From Candidatus Woesebacteria bacterium RIFCSPHIGHO2_02_FULL_42_20 (GTDB lineage: Bacteria > Patescibacteriota > Microgenomatia > UBA8517), in contig MGGS01000001.1 in NCBI GenBank assembly GCA_001792535.1, positions 49,695 through 113,694 of the forward strand: DNA of 64,000 nt, given 5' to 3'. Below are positions 17,144-25,451 of the stretch, piece after piece (within the stretch, counting starts at the first letter, position 1; each line of letters opens with the position of its first letter). Below the pieces are notes generated by a model. That model saw nothing but the letters and a program-made list of their open reading frames with translations, did not search any database and was not told the origin of the DNA. Made by a program: the position numbers and the translations under genes.

Positions 17144-17731
17144 TTAATTTACTCTGAATTTGGGTTCACTAGGTTCATTGTTTCCCAGAAAAATATAGCC
17201 CTTGCCCCATGAGCTTAATATAATCTGAGGTTGTTTAGGGTCTGGCTCAATTTTTTCGCGGAGCCTAAGGACAATAATCCGGACAGCGTTGTTAGTGACT
17301 TTCCGAGTGGCCCACAGGCAATTTAGTATTTGCTCTTTTGTAATTACACGAATTACATTTCCACTAGATTCGTTCTTGGCAAATAACGCAAAAAGCTTGT
17401 TTTCTTTGGGAGTCAAGTTGATTGCAGCGTTACCCATTACAACTACGCCTTGCGACTCATAATATTTGTAGGGAAATGGGTTGGCAAAGTTTGAAGGAGG
17501 TAGTGCTTCAGGCGTCGAGCTGTTTGGGTAATCTACAAAGTCGCCAGACTCTGTCATTGTTTTTAATTCTTGCGCAAACTTAACGGCTTTTCTGGCTTGA
17601 TCTAGGTCGCCCTGTTCAAGTGCCGTTTTATAATTTGCAAAAATAGAGTCTTCAATTATTCCCACAGATGGGAGTTTAGCCAAATAGTACTTGGGTTTCA
17701 AGTCAGTTTGGATTGGTAACGCTTTAATCAA
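17144..17731 (-). CDS. Orphan OmpR/PhoB-type winged-helix regulator (no receiver domain)
   Basis: C-terminus LTPKENKLFALFAKNESSGNVIRVITKEQILNCLWATRKVTNNAVRIIVLRLREKIEPDPKQPQIILSSWGKGYIFLG matches trans_reg_C. The N-terminal ~95 aa is unrecognised. 4-nt overlap with the upstream MazG-like gene. Confidence 0.65.
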   Translation of the reverse strand: MIKALPIQTDLKPKYYLAKLPSVGIIEDSIFANYKTALEQGDLDQARKAVKFAQELKTMTESGDFVDYPNSSTPEALPPSNFANPFPYKYYESQGVVVMGNAAINLTPKENKLFALFAKNESSGNVIRVITKEQILNCLWATRKVTNNAVRIIVLRLREKIEPDPKQPQIILSSWGKGYIFLGNNEPSEPKFRVN

Positions 17732-18006
17732 GAATTTTTGTGAAGGTTTTTGAGTTTTTCTGAATATCTGTCAAAGGCTTTTTCCAAAGCTTCTGTTGAA
17801 TCTACTCCCAATTTATTTGTAACTGCTATGGCTGAAAAAAGGAGGTCTCCTGCTTCTTCCATCAGATCACTGTGATCGGCTAAAGCCTTTTCGCCACTTC
17901 CGGCCTTCCGCTCTCCGGTGTGGACAGTAATTGCCTCACCTAATTCTGTAACCTCCTCAACTACCTTTTTCTGATAGTCTTTAAGCGACTTATTAGCCAT
18001 TTTCAA
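17728..18006 (-). CDS. MazG-like nucleoside-triphosphate pyrophosphohydrolase (small all-alpha MazG family)
   Basis: 92 aa with the EExxE...E..D pattern (VVEEVTELGEA...LMEEAGDLLF) typical of the MazG/HisE-like NTP-PPase fold. Confidence 0.6.
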   Translation of the reverse strand: MKMANKSLKDYQKKVVEEVTELGEAITVHTGERKAGSGEKALADHSDLMEEAGDLLFSAIAVTNKLGVDSTEALEKAFDRYSEKLKNLHKNS

Positions 18007-18296
18007 TAATTTTATCAGATATTTCGCCTCTCGTTAAGGTAACCAATACTCTGAAGCTAAAAAGAAATAAGTTTATGCTTCTTTAAAAATATTCTTCCTG
18101 AACTTGATTTTAAATATTTTTCAAAGTATCTTTAAGCATTTTATTCAGCCTTCTCCATCCGGATGTAGTTTTAAAATATTTCTCGCATTTAACCGTATCC
18201 TTTTTGCTAATAAAGCCTTCAAAATAAATAATCTTATACTGTATAAACCAGTAGTGGCTCGCCATCTTTGAAATATAGTTCGAATTTTTTCGTAAA

Positions 18297-18377
18297 GAGA
18301 CCGCAGATCGTGAAGGGAAAGAGGTGCCCTCGCCGCGGGGGCGGGCGCAACCCTGTCGCTTCACGATCTGCGGGCTC
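18297..18377. repeat. Long GC-rich stem-loop (19-bp stem with one mismatch, 43-nt GC-rich interior)
   Basis: GAGACCGCAGATCGTGAAG (18297-18315) pairs with CTTCACGATCTGCGGGCTC (18359-18377). The interior GGAAAGAGGTGCCCTCGCCGCGGGGGCGGGCGCAACCCTGTCG is >70% GC in an otherwise AT-rich 450-nt intergenic region. Confidence 0.5.
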
Positions 18378-18454
18378 TAGTGGATTATCTCCGGAACTTC
18401 TTCTGTACGAACCAATTTCATTATGAATATCAAACAGTGTAAAATTATTCTTAT

Positions 18455-18931
18455 ATGGAAAATGATATTGTTATTAAAATATGTGTATTCGTAGTTGAAA
18501 AAGATAGACTTTTACTTTTGAAAGAATGGTCAAACAAAAAGAATGGATACTACTTAAATATTATTAAAGGAACATATGATAAACACAATGAATCATTATT
18601 TGATTGTGCTAGACGGGAGGCTAAAGAAGAAGCAGGAATAGAAATCGAATTAACAGATTTACTTAACTGCACAGTGGGTTTTGGAAAAAGAAATACATTT
18701 TACTTTAGTTTTATAGCTAGGATGCTAAGAGGAAAACCTAGTTTAGCATTAGAAGATGAACAGAAAAAAAGAGGTGAAGATATTACTGAAATTAATTTCT
18801 ATTCAAAAGACGAAATCAAAAAAATGAAGAGGGAGAATTTTATTTCGGAGATTGTTTTTGATTCTGTCCATCAGTGGTTAGAAGATAAAATATATCCTCT
18901 TGAAATAATCAAACATAGAAGCTTCAAATAA
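18455..18931 (+). CDS. NUDIX hydrolase
   Basis: Nudix box GTYDKHNESLFDCARREAKEEAGIE (Gx5Ex7REUxEExGU). Very AT-rich coding sequence (~28% GC) compared with neighbouring genes. Confidence 0.75.
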   Translation: MENDIVIKICVFVVEKDRLLLLKEWSNKKNGYYLNIIKGTYDKHNESLFDCARREAKEEAGIEIELTDLLNCTVGFGKRNTFYFSFIARMLRGKPSLALEDEQKKRGEDITEINFYSKDEIKKMKRENFISEIVFDSVHQWLEDKIYPLEIIKHRSFK

Positions 18932-18948
18932 ATATATAAAGGTATTAG

Positions 18949-19022
18949 CGGGATCGACGGGACTCGAACCCGCAACCTCCTCCGTGACAGGGAGGCGCTC
19001 TGGCCAATTGAGCTACGACCCC
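18949..19022 (-). tRNA. tRNA-Asp (anticodon GTC)
   Basis: Reverse complement gives acceptor GGGGTCG/CGATCCC (one G-U), D-arm GCTCAATTGGCCAGAGC, anticodon stem CCTCC/GGAGG with loop CTGTCAC, T-arm GCGGG-TTCGAGT-CCCGT, discriminator G. Confidence 0.8.
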
Positions 19023-19071
19023 AAATGCTAATTTTCAAATTTCAATTTGCAATTTACAATTATATACGGAC

Positions 19072-20871
19072 ATGCGCAAAATTCCAACTAATACAGAACT
19101 TGCCGAAATACTTCGCGACGTTGCCGCGGCTTATAAGATTGCGAGTGAAGATAAAAACAAATTCCGGATTGTTGCTTACGAGCGGGCGGCCGACGCTGTC
19201 GAGCACCTCTCTAGTGAGGCCAAAGATCTTTGGGATGAGGGTAAATTAATCGAAGTTTCTGGAATCGGACCGTCTATTGCTTCTCATTTGGGCGAGGTCT
19301 TTGCTAAAGGCAGATCCAGCCACTTTGATGAGATTCTGGCGACCTTGCCCCCTGCGGTCTTTGAACTAATGAAAATTCCGGGAGTCGGAGCTAAAACAGC
19401 ATATAAACTTTCTACCAGCCTTGGTATAAAAGCTTCTAAAACGGCTCTTGCCAAGCTTAAAATCGCAATACAAGAAGGCAAAGTGGCGAAACTCGAAGGC
19501 TTTGGAGAATTGAGCGAGGAAAATATTGAAAAATCCATTGGTGAAGTCAAAAAAGGAAAAAAAAGACTCCTTTTGCCATATGCGTCTTCGATTGCTGACC
19601 AAATTATTTCTTGGCTCAAAACGTCCAAGGCTGTTTTGGAAGTTTATCCCTTAGGAAGCTTGCGGCGGCGTGCGTCAACAGTGGGGGACATAGACCTTGC
19701 AATTTCCACCAAAAGGCCAGGGGTTGCCCTTGATCATTTTGTCGCCTACCCCAAAAAGATTCGCAAAATTGAGGAGGGGCCGGAAAGCGCCTCGATTTTG
19801 GTTTCCGGGAATGTCCAAGTGGACGCAATGACTCAGCCGCCAGATAGTTTTGGTGCATTACTTCAACACTTTACCGGCAGCAAGCACCACAATATTGCAC
19901 TTCGTGAGTACGCGCTTAAAAACAAAATGAGCTTGAACGAGAAGGGGATAAAGGACTTAAAGACCAAAAAATTGAAGAAATATAAAACGGAGGAAGAATT
20001 TTATAAAGCTCTCGGTATGGACTTGATTCCACCGGAAATTAGAGAAGATATAGGAGAAATCCAAGCTGCCCAACGGAGCGCTCAGGGTAAACTGCCCGGT
20101 TTGCCTATGCTTGTTGACATAAGGGACATTAAAGGGGATTTGCAAATTCACTCTGACTTTAATATTGAAACAAGTCATGATTTGGGCCAGAGTTCGATGA
20201 AAGAAATTGTAACCAAAGCCGATGAGCTGGGTTATGAATATATTGCTTTTACAGAGCACAATCCCAGCCAGAGCGGCCATAACGATGCTCAGATTATTGA
20301 TATACTTAAAGCTAAGGCCGAGGCTATTGATAAACTTAATTACTCACTCGTGAAATACAACATGAAAAATTTTAAGAAAGCCTTTAATAGTCTGGAGATC
20401 GATATTCTTCCTGACGGTCGGCTGCCGGTTCCCGAAAAAGGCTTTGATTATCTTGACTTTGCACTAGGTTCCATTCATTCAAGTTTTAAACAGAGTAAGA
20501 GCGATATGACTGCAAGAGTGCTAAACGCATTTAAGCACCCCAAGCTCAAGATATTTGCCCACCCGTCAACGCGAATACTTAATAGAAGGGAGGGAGTTGA
20601 GTTAGATTGGCCGGCTATTTTTGACTATTTTATAAAAGAGAATAAGATTATTGAGATTAATGCCAACCCGGCGAGACTGGATTTACCTGATATTTTAGTT
20701 CGGGATGCCGTGAAGCTTGGTGTGAAAATGTCTTTGGGTACGGATGCCCATTATCTGATCGGTATGGACAACATGCAATTTGGAGTTTTTGTTGCAAGGC
20801 GTGGATGGGCGACCAGGGAAGACATTATTAATTCAATGAGTTTGAAAGATATCCAAAACGTGCTATTATGA
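19072..20871 (+). CDS. polX: Family X DNA polymerase with C-terminal PHP domain
   Basis: HhH GIGPSIASHLGE, Pol-beta nucleotidyltransferase motif GSLRRRASTVGDIDLAIS, PHP-domain histidines (HSDFN..., AFTEHN). Confidence 0.85.
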   Translation: MRKIPTNTELAEILRDVAAAYKIASEDKNKFRIVAYERAADAVEHLSSEAKDLWDEGKLIEVSGIGPSIASHLGEVFAKGRSSHFDEILATLPPAVFELMKIPGVGAKTAYKLSTSLGIKASKTALAKLKIAIQEGKVAKLEGFGELSEENIEKSIGEVKKGKKRLLLPYASSIADQIISWLKTSKAVLEVYPLGSLRRRASTVGDIDLAISTKRPGVALDHFVAYPKKIRKIEEGPESASILVSGNVQVDAMTQPPDSFGALLQHFTGSKHHNIALREYALKNKMSLNEKGIKDLKTKKLKKYKTEEEFYKALGMDLIPPEIREDIGEIQAAQRSAQGKLPGLPMLVDIRDIKGDLQIHSDFNIETSHDLGQSSMKEIVTKADELGYEYIAFTEHNPSQSGHNDAQIIDILKAKAEAIDKLNYSLVKYNMKNFKKAFNSLEIDILPDGRLPVPEKGFDYLDFALGSIHSSFKQSKSDMTARVLNAFKHPKLKIFAHPSTRILNRREGVELDWPAIFDYFIKENKIIEINANPARLDLPDILVRDAVKLGVKMSLGTDAHYLIGMDNMQFGVFVARRGWATREDIINSMSLKDIQNVLL

Positions 20872-20905
20872 TTTTTGACTTTGATTCAAAGGAGGTGATA
20901 ACTAA

Positions 20906-21490
20906 GTGCCATTAGTTTTAATTTTAATTGTTGCGGTTGTTCTGGTAGGTTGGCTTGTTGCAACTTATAACTTTTTTGTTTCAAGCAAAGCCCGTATAAA
21001 GGCTTCCGTCCAGGAAATTGGAAATCAACTCAAGCGTCAAGCCGAGCTTATTCCCAATCTTGAAGAATCTGCAAAGGGGTACTTAAAACACGAAAAAGGA
21101 ATTTTTGAAAAGCTTGCCGAGGTCAGACGTGCGGTGGTAAGCGCGATCAAATCCGGCAACATAAATACAATGGCTGAAGCTAGCGAAAAAATAGGCTCCT
21201 TGTTGCCTTCGATTCAAGTCGCTGTTGAAAGCAATCCCGAAATTAAAGGATCCGGTGTTGTAACTCGGCTTATGGACGAATTGAGGGATACTTCCGACAA
21301 GGTGATGTATGCAAGGCGCACTTTGATTGATTTGACAGCGGACTTTAACGTTAAAAGGGCTAGTTTCCCGACAAATCTGGTTGCGAATATGTTTGGCTTT
21401 GAGGAGCAAAAAGGCCTTGCGACAGCCGGTTCTGGAGAGCACATGGAAGTAAGCGAGTCTGAGACGAAAGTGCCGAAAGTGAAACTTTAA
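20906..21490 (+). CDS. lemA: LemA family membrane protein
   Basis: N-terminal TM, then the LemA consensus including ARRTLIDLTADFNVKRASFPTNLVANMFGF. Confidence 0.8.
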   Translation: MPLVLILIVAVVLVGWLVATYNFFVSSKARIKASVQEIGNQLKRQAELIPNLEESAKGYLKHEKGIFEKLAEVRRAVVSAIKSGNINTMAEASEKIGSLLPSIQVAVESNPEIKGSGVVTRLMDELRDTSDKVMYARRTLIDLTADFNVKRASFPTNLVANMFGFEEQKGLATAGSGEHMEVSESETKVPKVKL

Positions 21491-21520
21491 TTTCGTCCAG
21501 CGCAAAGCCGAAGGATCTAT

Positions 21521-22450
21521 ATGATTAACGTATATGAGGCAGCAAGCGCTAACAAGCGCAAGAGTGTTGTCGTTGTTTTTTTCTTCCTGGTTTTTGTTGC
21601 CTTGGCCGTTTATTTTATCGGAGGCGCCTTGGGTTATTATTTTGGCTATGAACTCGGAGGATTAAGCTTTTTTGGCTTGGCATTGATTCTTTCAGGCTTG
21701 ATGTCGTTTACGGGTTATTTTTACAGTGACAGAATAGTCCTTACTATCTCCGGTGCAAAGCCGGCAGACAAGCAAGAATTTCCGCTTTTTTATTCTGTTG
21801 CCCAAAACTTGAGCTTGGCGGCCAATGTTTCTATACCACGGCTTTTTATTATTGAAGACACCGCAACCAATGCTTTTGCTACGGGACGGGATCCGGATCA
21901 CGCCGTAATTTGTGCCACGACCGGTTTACTTTCAAAACTAAATAGGACGGAGCTAGAAGGGGTTATCGGCCATGAACTGACGCATGTTAGGAATTACGAT
22001 ATACGCTTAATGTCTATTGTCGGTGTTCTGGTCGGTTCAATTGCGCTTTTGGCTGATATTTTACTTAGGGCGACTTATATGCGGGGCAGAAGTGACAGGC
22101 GAGACGGCGGGGGAATAGGTGTCCTAATCTTTGGCATAGGACTAATTTTTGCTATTCTTTCCCCTCTTATTGCGCAACTGATTCGCCTGGCTATTAGCAG
22201 ACAAAGGGAATTTTTTGCGGATGCGGGTTCGGTTATGCTAACCCGCCAGCCATCCGGGCTGATCTCGGCTTTAAAAAAGATAAGTGCAGATCACGAGCCG
22301 TTAGAAGCGGCTAATAAAGCAACTGCACATCTTTACATAGCCAATCCTTTTAAAGATAAAATTGGCGATGCGAGAAACAAATTTTCTTCACTTTTTAATA
22401 CTCACCCGCCAATGGCTAAGAGAATAGAGGCCCTACAACAAATGGCGTGA
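21521..22450 (+). CDS. htpX: Zinc metalloprotease HtpX (peptidase M48)
   Basis: HELTHV zinc motif, multi-TM N-terminus, C-terminal ...HPPMAKRIEAL. Classic lemA-htpX pairing. Confidence 0.85.
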   Translation: MINVYEAASANKRKSVVVVFFFLVFVALAVYFIGGALGYYFGYELGGLSFFGLALILSGLMSFTGYFYSDRIVLTISGAKPADKQEFPLFYSVAQNLSLAANVSIPRLFIIEDTATNAFATGRDPDHAVICATTGLLSKLNRTELEGVIGHELTHVRNYDIRLMSIVGVLVGSIALLADILLRATYMRGRSDRRDGGGIGVLIFGIGLIFAILSPLIAQLIRLAISRQREFFADAGSVMLTRQPSGLISALKKISADHEPLEAANKATAHLYIANPFKDKIGDARNKFSSLFNTHPPMAKRIEALQQMA

Positions 22451-22771
22451 GTGTTGTATGATAAGCCTAGTTTTATGGCTAAACTTACAAAGTCGGATGT
22501 GCTTCATGTTGCCAAACTCTCAAAACTTGATCTGACTTCCCCGGAGGTGGAGAAATTTCAAAGCCAGCTATCAGAGGTCTTAAACTACATGGACGAGCTT
22601 AACACTCTCGATACTGATCGTGTATTACCCACCAGCCAGTCCACTGGTCTTGAAAATGTTTTCAGAGGTGATGACCACACAAATGACTGTTTAGCGCGCG
22701 ATATAGCCACGACTAACGCTTCAAGAAGCGACTCTAGTTATTTTGTGACAAAAGGGGTACTCAAAAAGTGA
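22451..22771 (+). CDS. gatC: Glu/Asp-tRNA amidotransferase subunit C
   Basis: LTKSDVLHVAKLSKLDLTSPEVEKFQSQLSEVLNYMDELNTLDT fits GatC. 4-nt overlap with gatA. Confidence 0.85.
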   Translation: MLYDKPSFMAKLTKSDVLHVAKLSKLDLTSPEVEKFQSQLSEVLNYMDELNTLDTDRVLPTSQSTGLENVFRGDDHTNDCLARDIATTNASRSDSSYFVTKGVLKK

Positions 22772-24183
22772 ATAAGTTAAACTTGTCGATTGCTGGCACA
22801 CACAAAGATCTTAAAGAAAAAAAGTACAGCGTAACCGAGCTTGTGAAATATTACCTGGCAAGAATAGCCAAATATGACAAGAATCTCAATTCGTTTCTGA
22901 CTGTCACAACAGATTATGCATTGAAGGCCGCCAGGAAGCAGGACAATTTGCTCGTAAGCCAAGGTGAAGGAGTATTTGAGGACTTTCCGTTGTTTGGGGT
23001 GGTTACCGCTTTTAAGGATTTGTATTTGACCGAAGGCATCAGAACAACTGCTGCGTCGCGCGTCCTTGAAAACTTTATTCCCCAATATTCTTCGACGGTG
23101 GTTAAAAAACTTGAAAATGCGGGTTGCATTCTTATCGGTAAAACGAATTGTGATGCTTGGGCACACGGCGCCAGTGGCGAAAATTCGGATTTCGGCCCGA
23201 TAAAAAACCCTTGGAACAAAGATTTTGTCCCGGGCGGGTCCTCGTCGGGGTCAGCGGTTTCGGTTGCAAGTGATTTTTGTCTGGTTGCTCTGGGGACTGA
23301 CACAGGCGGTTCAGTTCGCCAGCCGGCAAGTTTCTGCGGGGTTACGGGGCTTAAACCTACTTACGGGTTGGTGAGCAGATTCGGCGTGGTTGCCATGGCA
23401 AGTTCCTTGGATTGTATGGGCCATTTGACAAATAACGTAGGCGACTCAAGGCGGGTTTTGGAAGTCACCAAGGGTCAGGATCAATTTGACTCAAACATCC
23501 AAAGTGTAAAATTGGCCGGTGAAGTAAGGGATATTAAAAAAATAACAATTGGGCTTCCGAAAGACTATTTCGGTCAAGGTCTGGACAATCAAGTCAGGAC
23601 AAAAGTACTCGCTGCAGCCCGGTTCTTCGAGAAGCAGGGTGCAAAAATTGTGGACGTAGATTTGCCGCATACAAAATATGCCACTTCCGTTTACTATATT
23701 ATTCAGCCTGCAGAAGTTGCATCGAATTTGGGCAGGTATGATGGGATCAGGTATGGGCTAAGTCGGGACAGCTTTGGTGATGAAGCGAAAAGACGAATTA
23801 TGCTGGGAAGCTATGTTTTGTCAAGCGGTTATTATGATAGATATTATTTGAAGGCCGCCCGAGTACGTACTAAATTGATTGAGGATTTTGACAAAGCATT
23901 TGCCAAAGTAGATGTATTGCTGGCTCCGGTTTCACCCACACCACCGTTTAAACTTGGCGAAAAAACGGCTGATCCATTGAGTATGTACTTGGCAGATGTT
24001 TACACGGTATCGGCTAATTTAGTCGGTGTCCCCGGCTTAGCTTTGCCCGCGGGGTTTAGCGACCAAGGTTTGCCCATCGGTTTTCAGTTAATTAGCCAAA
24101 AGTTTCACGAAAATATGCTATTTGATTTGGGGGAAATTTTTCAAAGAAACACCGACTATCACAGTCAGAAACCAAAGCTATGA
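22768..24183 (+). CDS. gatA: Glu/Asp-tRNA amidotransferase subunit A
   Basis: Amidase signature GGSSSGSAVSVAS and KTNCDAWAHGASGENS. Confidence 0.92.
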   Translation: MNKLNLSIAGTHKDLKEKKYSVTELVKYYLARIAKYDKNLNSFLTVTTDYALKAARKQDNLLVSQGEGVFEDFPLFGVVTAFKDLYLTEGIRTTAASRVLENFIPQYSSTVVKKLENAGCILIGKTNCDAWAHGASGENSDFGPIKNPWNKDFVPGGSSSGSAVSVASDFCLVALGTDTGGSVRQPASFCGVTGLKPTYGLVSRFGVVAMASSLDCMGHLTNNVGDSRRVLEVTKGQDQFDSNIQSVKLAGEVRDIKKITIGLPKDYFGQGLDNQVRTKVLAAARFFEKQGAKIVDVDLPHTKYATSVYYIIQPAEVASNLGRYDGIRYGLSRDSFGDEAKRRIMLGSYVLSSGYYDRYYLKAARVRTKLIEDFDKAFAKVDVLLAPVSPTPPFKLGEKTADPLSMYLADVYTVSANLVGVPGLALPAGFSDQGLPIGFQLISQKFHENMLFDLGEIFQRNTDYHSQKPKL

Positions 24184-25451
24184 TTGAATTTATAGAAACA
24201 ATAAAGGCAAGAAACTTTACTTTTTTGTGGATGTCACAAATTATTTCGCAGCTAGTGATTAACACTCTGAGCTTTTTGATATTGACTAGAATTTTTGAAG
24301 TAACCGGGTCGACCATTGCTGTTTCTTTTGTATGGGTAGCTTACGCGCTGCCTGCTATAGTTTTTGGGCCGGTGGGTGCGGTAACTGCAGATGTGGCCGA
24401 CAAACGCAAGGTAATGATAACCAGTATCTTGCTTCAATCGCTGATTGTCTTCCTGTTTTCGCTCTTTTATTCCAAATATCTGTTTTTGTCATACGCCGTG
24501 GTTTTTACCTATTCGCTGTTTAATCAGTTTTATATGCCTTCCGAGGCTGCTTCTCTTCCGCATGTGGTCAATAAGGCCCACCTGCCGCAGGCTAATAGCT
24601 TATTTTTCATGACGGTCCAATCCGGGCTGGTATCCGGTTTTGTGTCGGCTGGGCTGCTTTATGATGCGGTGGGTTTTGGCCCGACTGTCTTGGTTGCAGG
24701 GGTTATTTTGCTTTTTGCTGCTTTGAGCGTCAAAATGTTACCTTCGCTCAAATCCCAGGAAAGGTTGCCAAAGGATTTTGAAAAAGGTGTCTCCAAATTT
24801 TTTGGCGGCATGGTCGAGGGTTATAAATTTATTAAAAACAATACATTCATACTTTTCCCCTTCCTTTTGCTTACTGGCTTGCAAGTGGCACTCTCGGTGG
24901 TAGTTGTAAGCCTTCCTGTTATAACCTCCGAAATAATCAAGACGAAAGTTAGCTTGTCCGGCCTTGTAGTGGTTGCTCCGGCGGCTGCCGGGGCGCTTGT
25001 GGGCACCTTCCTTGTTTCAAAACTTTTAAGCAAAGCAGTACGCAAACGAAAGATTATAGAAGTTGCGATATTTGTTTTTTCTGGTTGTTTTTTGGCCTTA
25101 AGTGCAATTGTTCCCAGCGTTGACTTTTGGTTGGGCAGATCTTTGTCGCTAATCTGTTTCTTTGCGGCAGGCGCTGCTTATGTTGCGAGTCTGATTCCCT
25201 CGCTGACATATCTTCAGGAGGTAACTCCCGCGGACTTGATGGGTAGGGTTTTTGGTAATATCTGGTTTGTTACCACAGTGATGACAGTAGTTCCTGTACT
25301 GTTTTCCGCAACTATTACAGAAATATTCGGAATAGAGTTGATGCTCTTTGCTTTGGGATTATTAGGCCTACTTGTCGGGCTTGCGGCAAAGTTTGAGTTA
25401 CACGGCATATTTTCATACAGAAAAAACTTTATCAAATGGTTAAAAGGGTAA
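24180..25451 (+). CDS. MFS-type transporter (about 12 TM)
   Basis: Hydrophobic polytopic protein with MFS-like organisation. Inserted between gatA and gatB with overlapping ends. Confidence 0.65.
   Translation: MIEFIETIKARNFTFLWMSQIISQLVINTLSFLILTRIFEVTGSTIAVSFVWVAYALPAIVFGPVGAVTADVADKRKVMITSILLQSLIVFLFSLFYSKYLFLSYAVVFTYSLFNQFYMPSEAASLPHVVNKAHLPQANSLFFMTVQSGLVSGFVSAGLLYDAVGFGPTVLVAGVILLFAALSVKMLPSLKSQERLPKDFEKGVSKFFGGMVEGYKFIKNNTFILFPFLLLTGLQVALSVVVVSLPVITSEIIKTKVSLSGLVVVAPAAAGALVGTFLVSKLLSKAVRKRKIIEVAIFVFSGCFLALSAIVPSVDFWLGRSLSLICFFAAGAAYVASLIPSLTYLQEVTPADLMGRVFGNIWFVTTVMTVVPVLFSATITEIFGIELMLFALGLLGLLVGLAAKFELHGIFSYRKNFIKWLKG

Noticed and set aside
18110-18364. ORF 18110-18364 (minus, 84 aa)
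   Set aside because: It begins inside the GC-rich hairpin, has odd composition and no ribosome-binding site. More plausibly it is non-coding.
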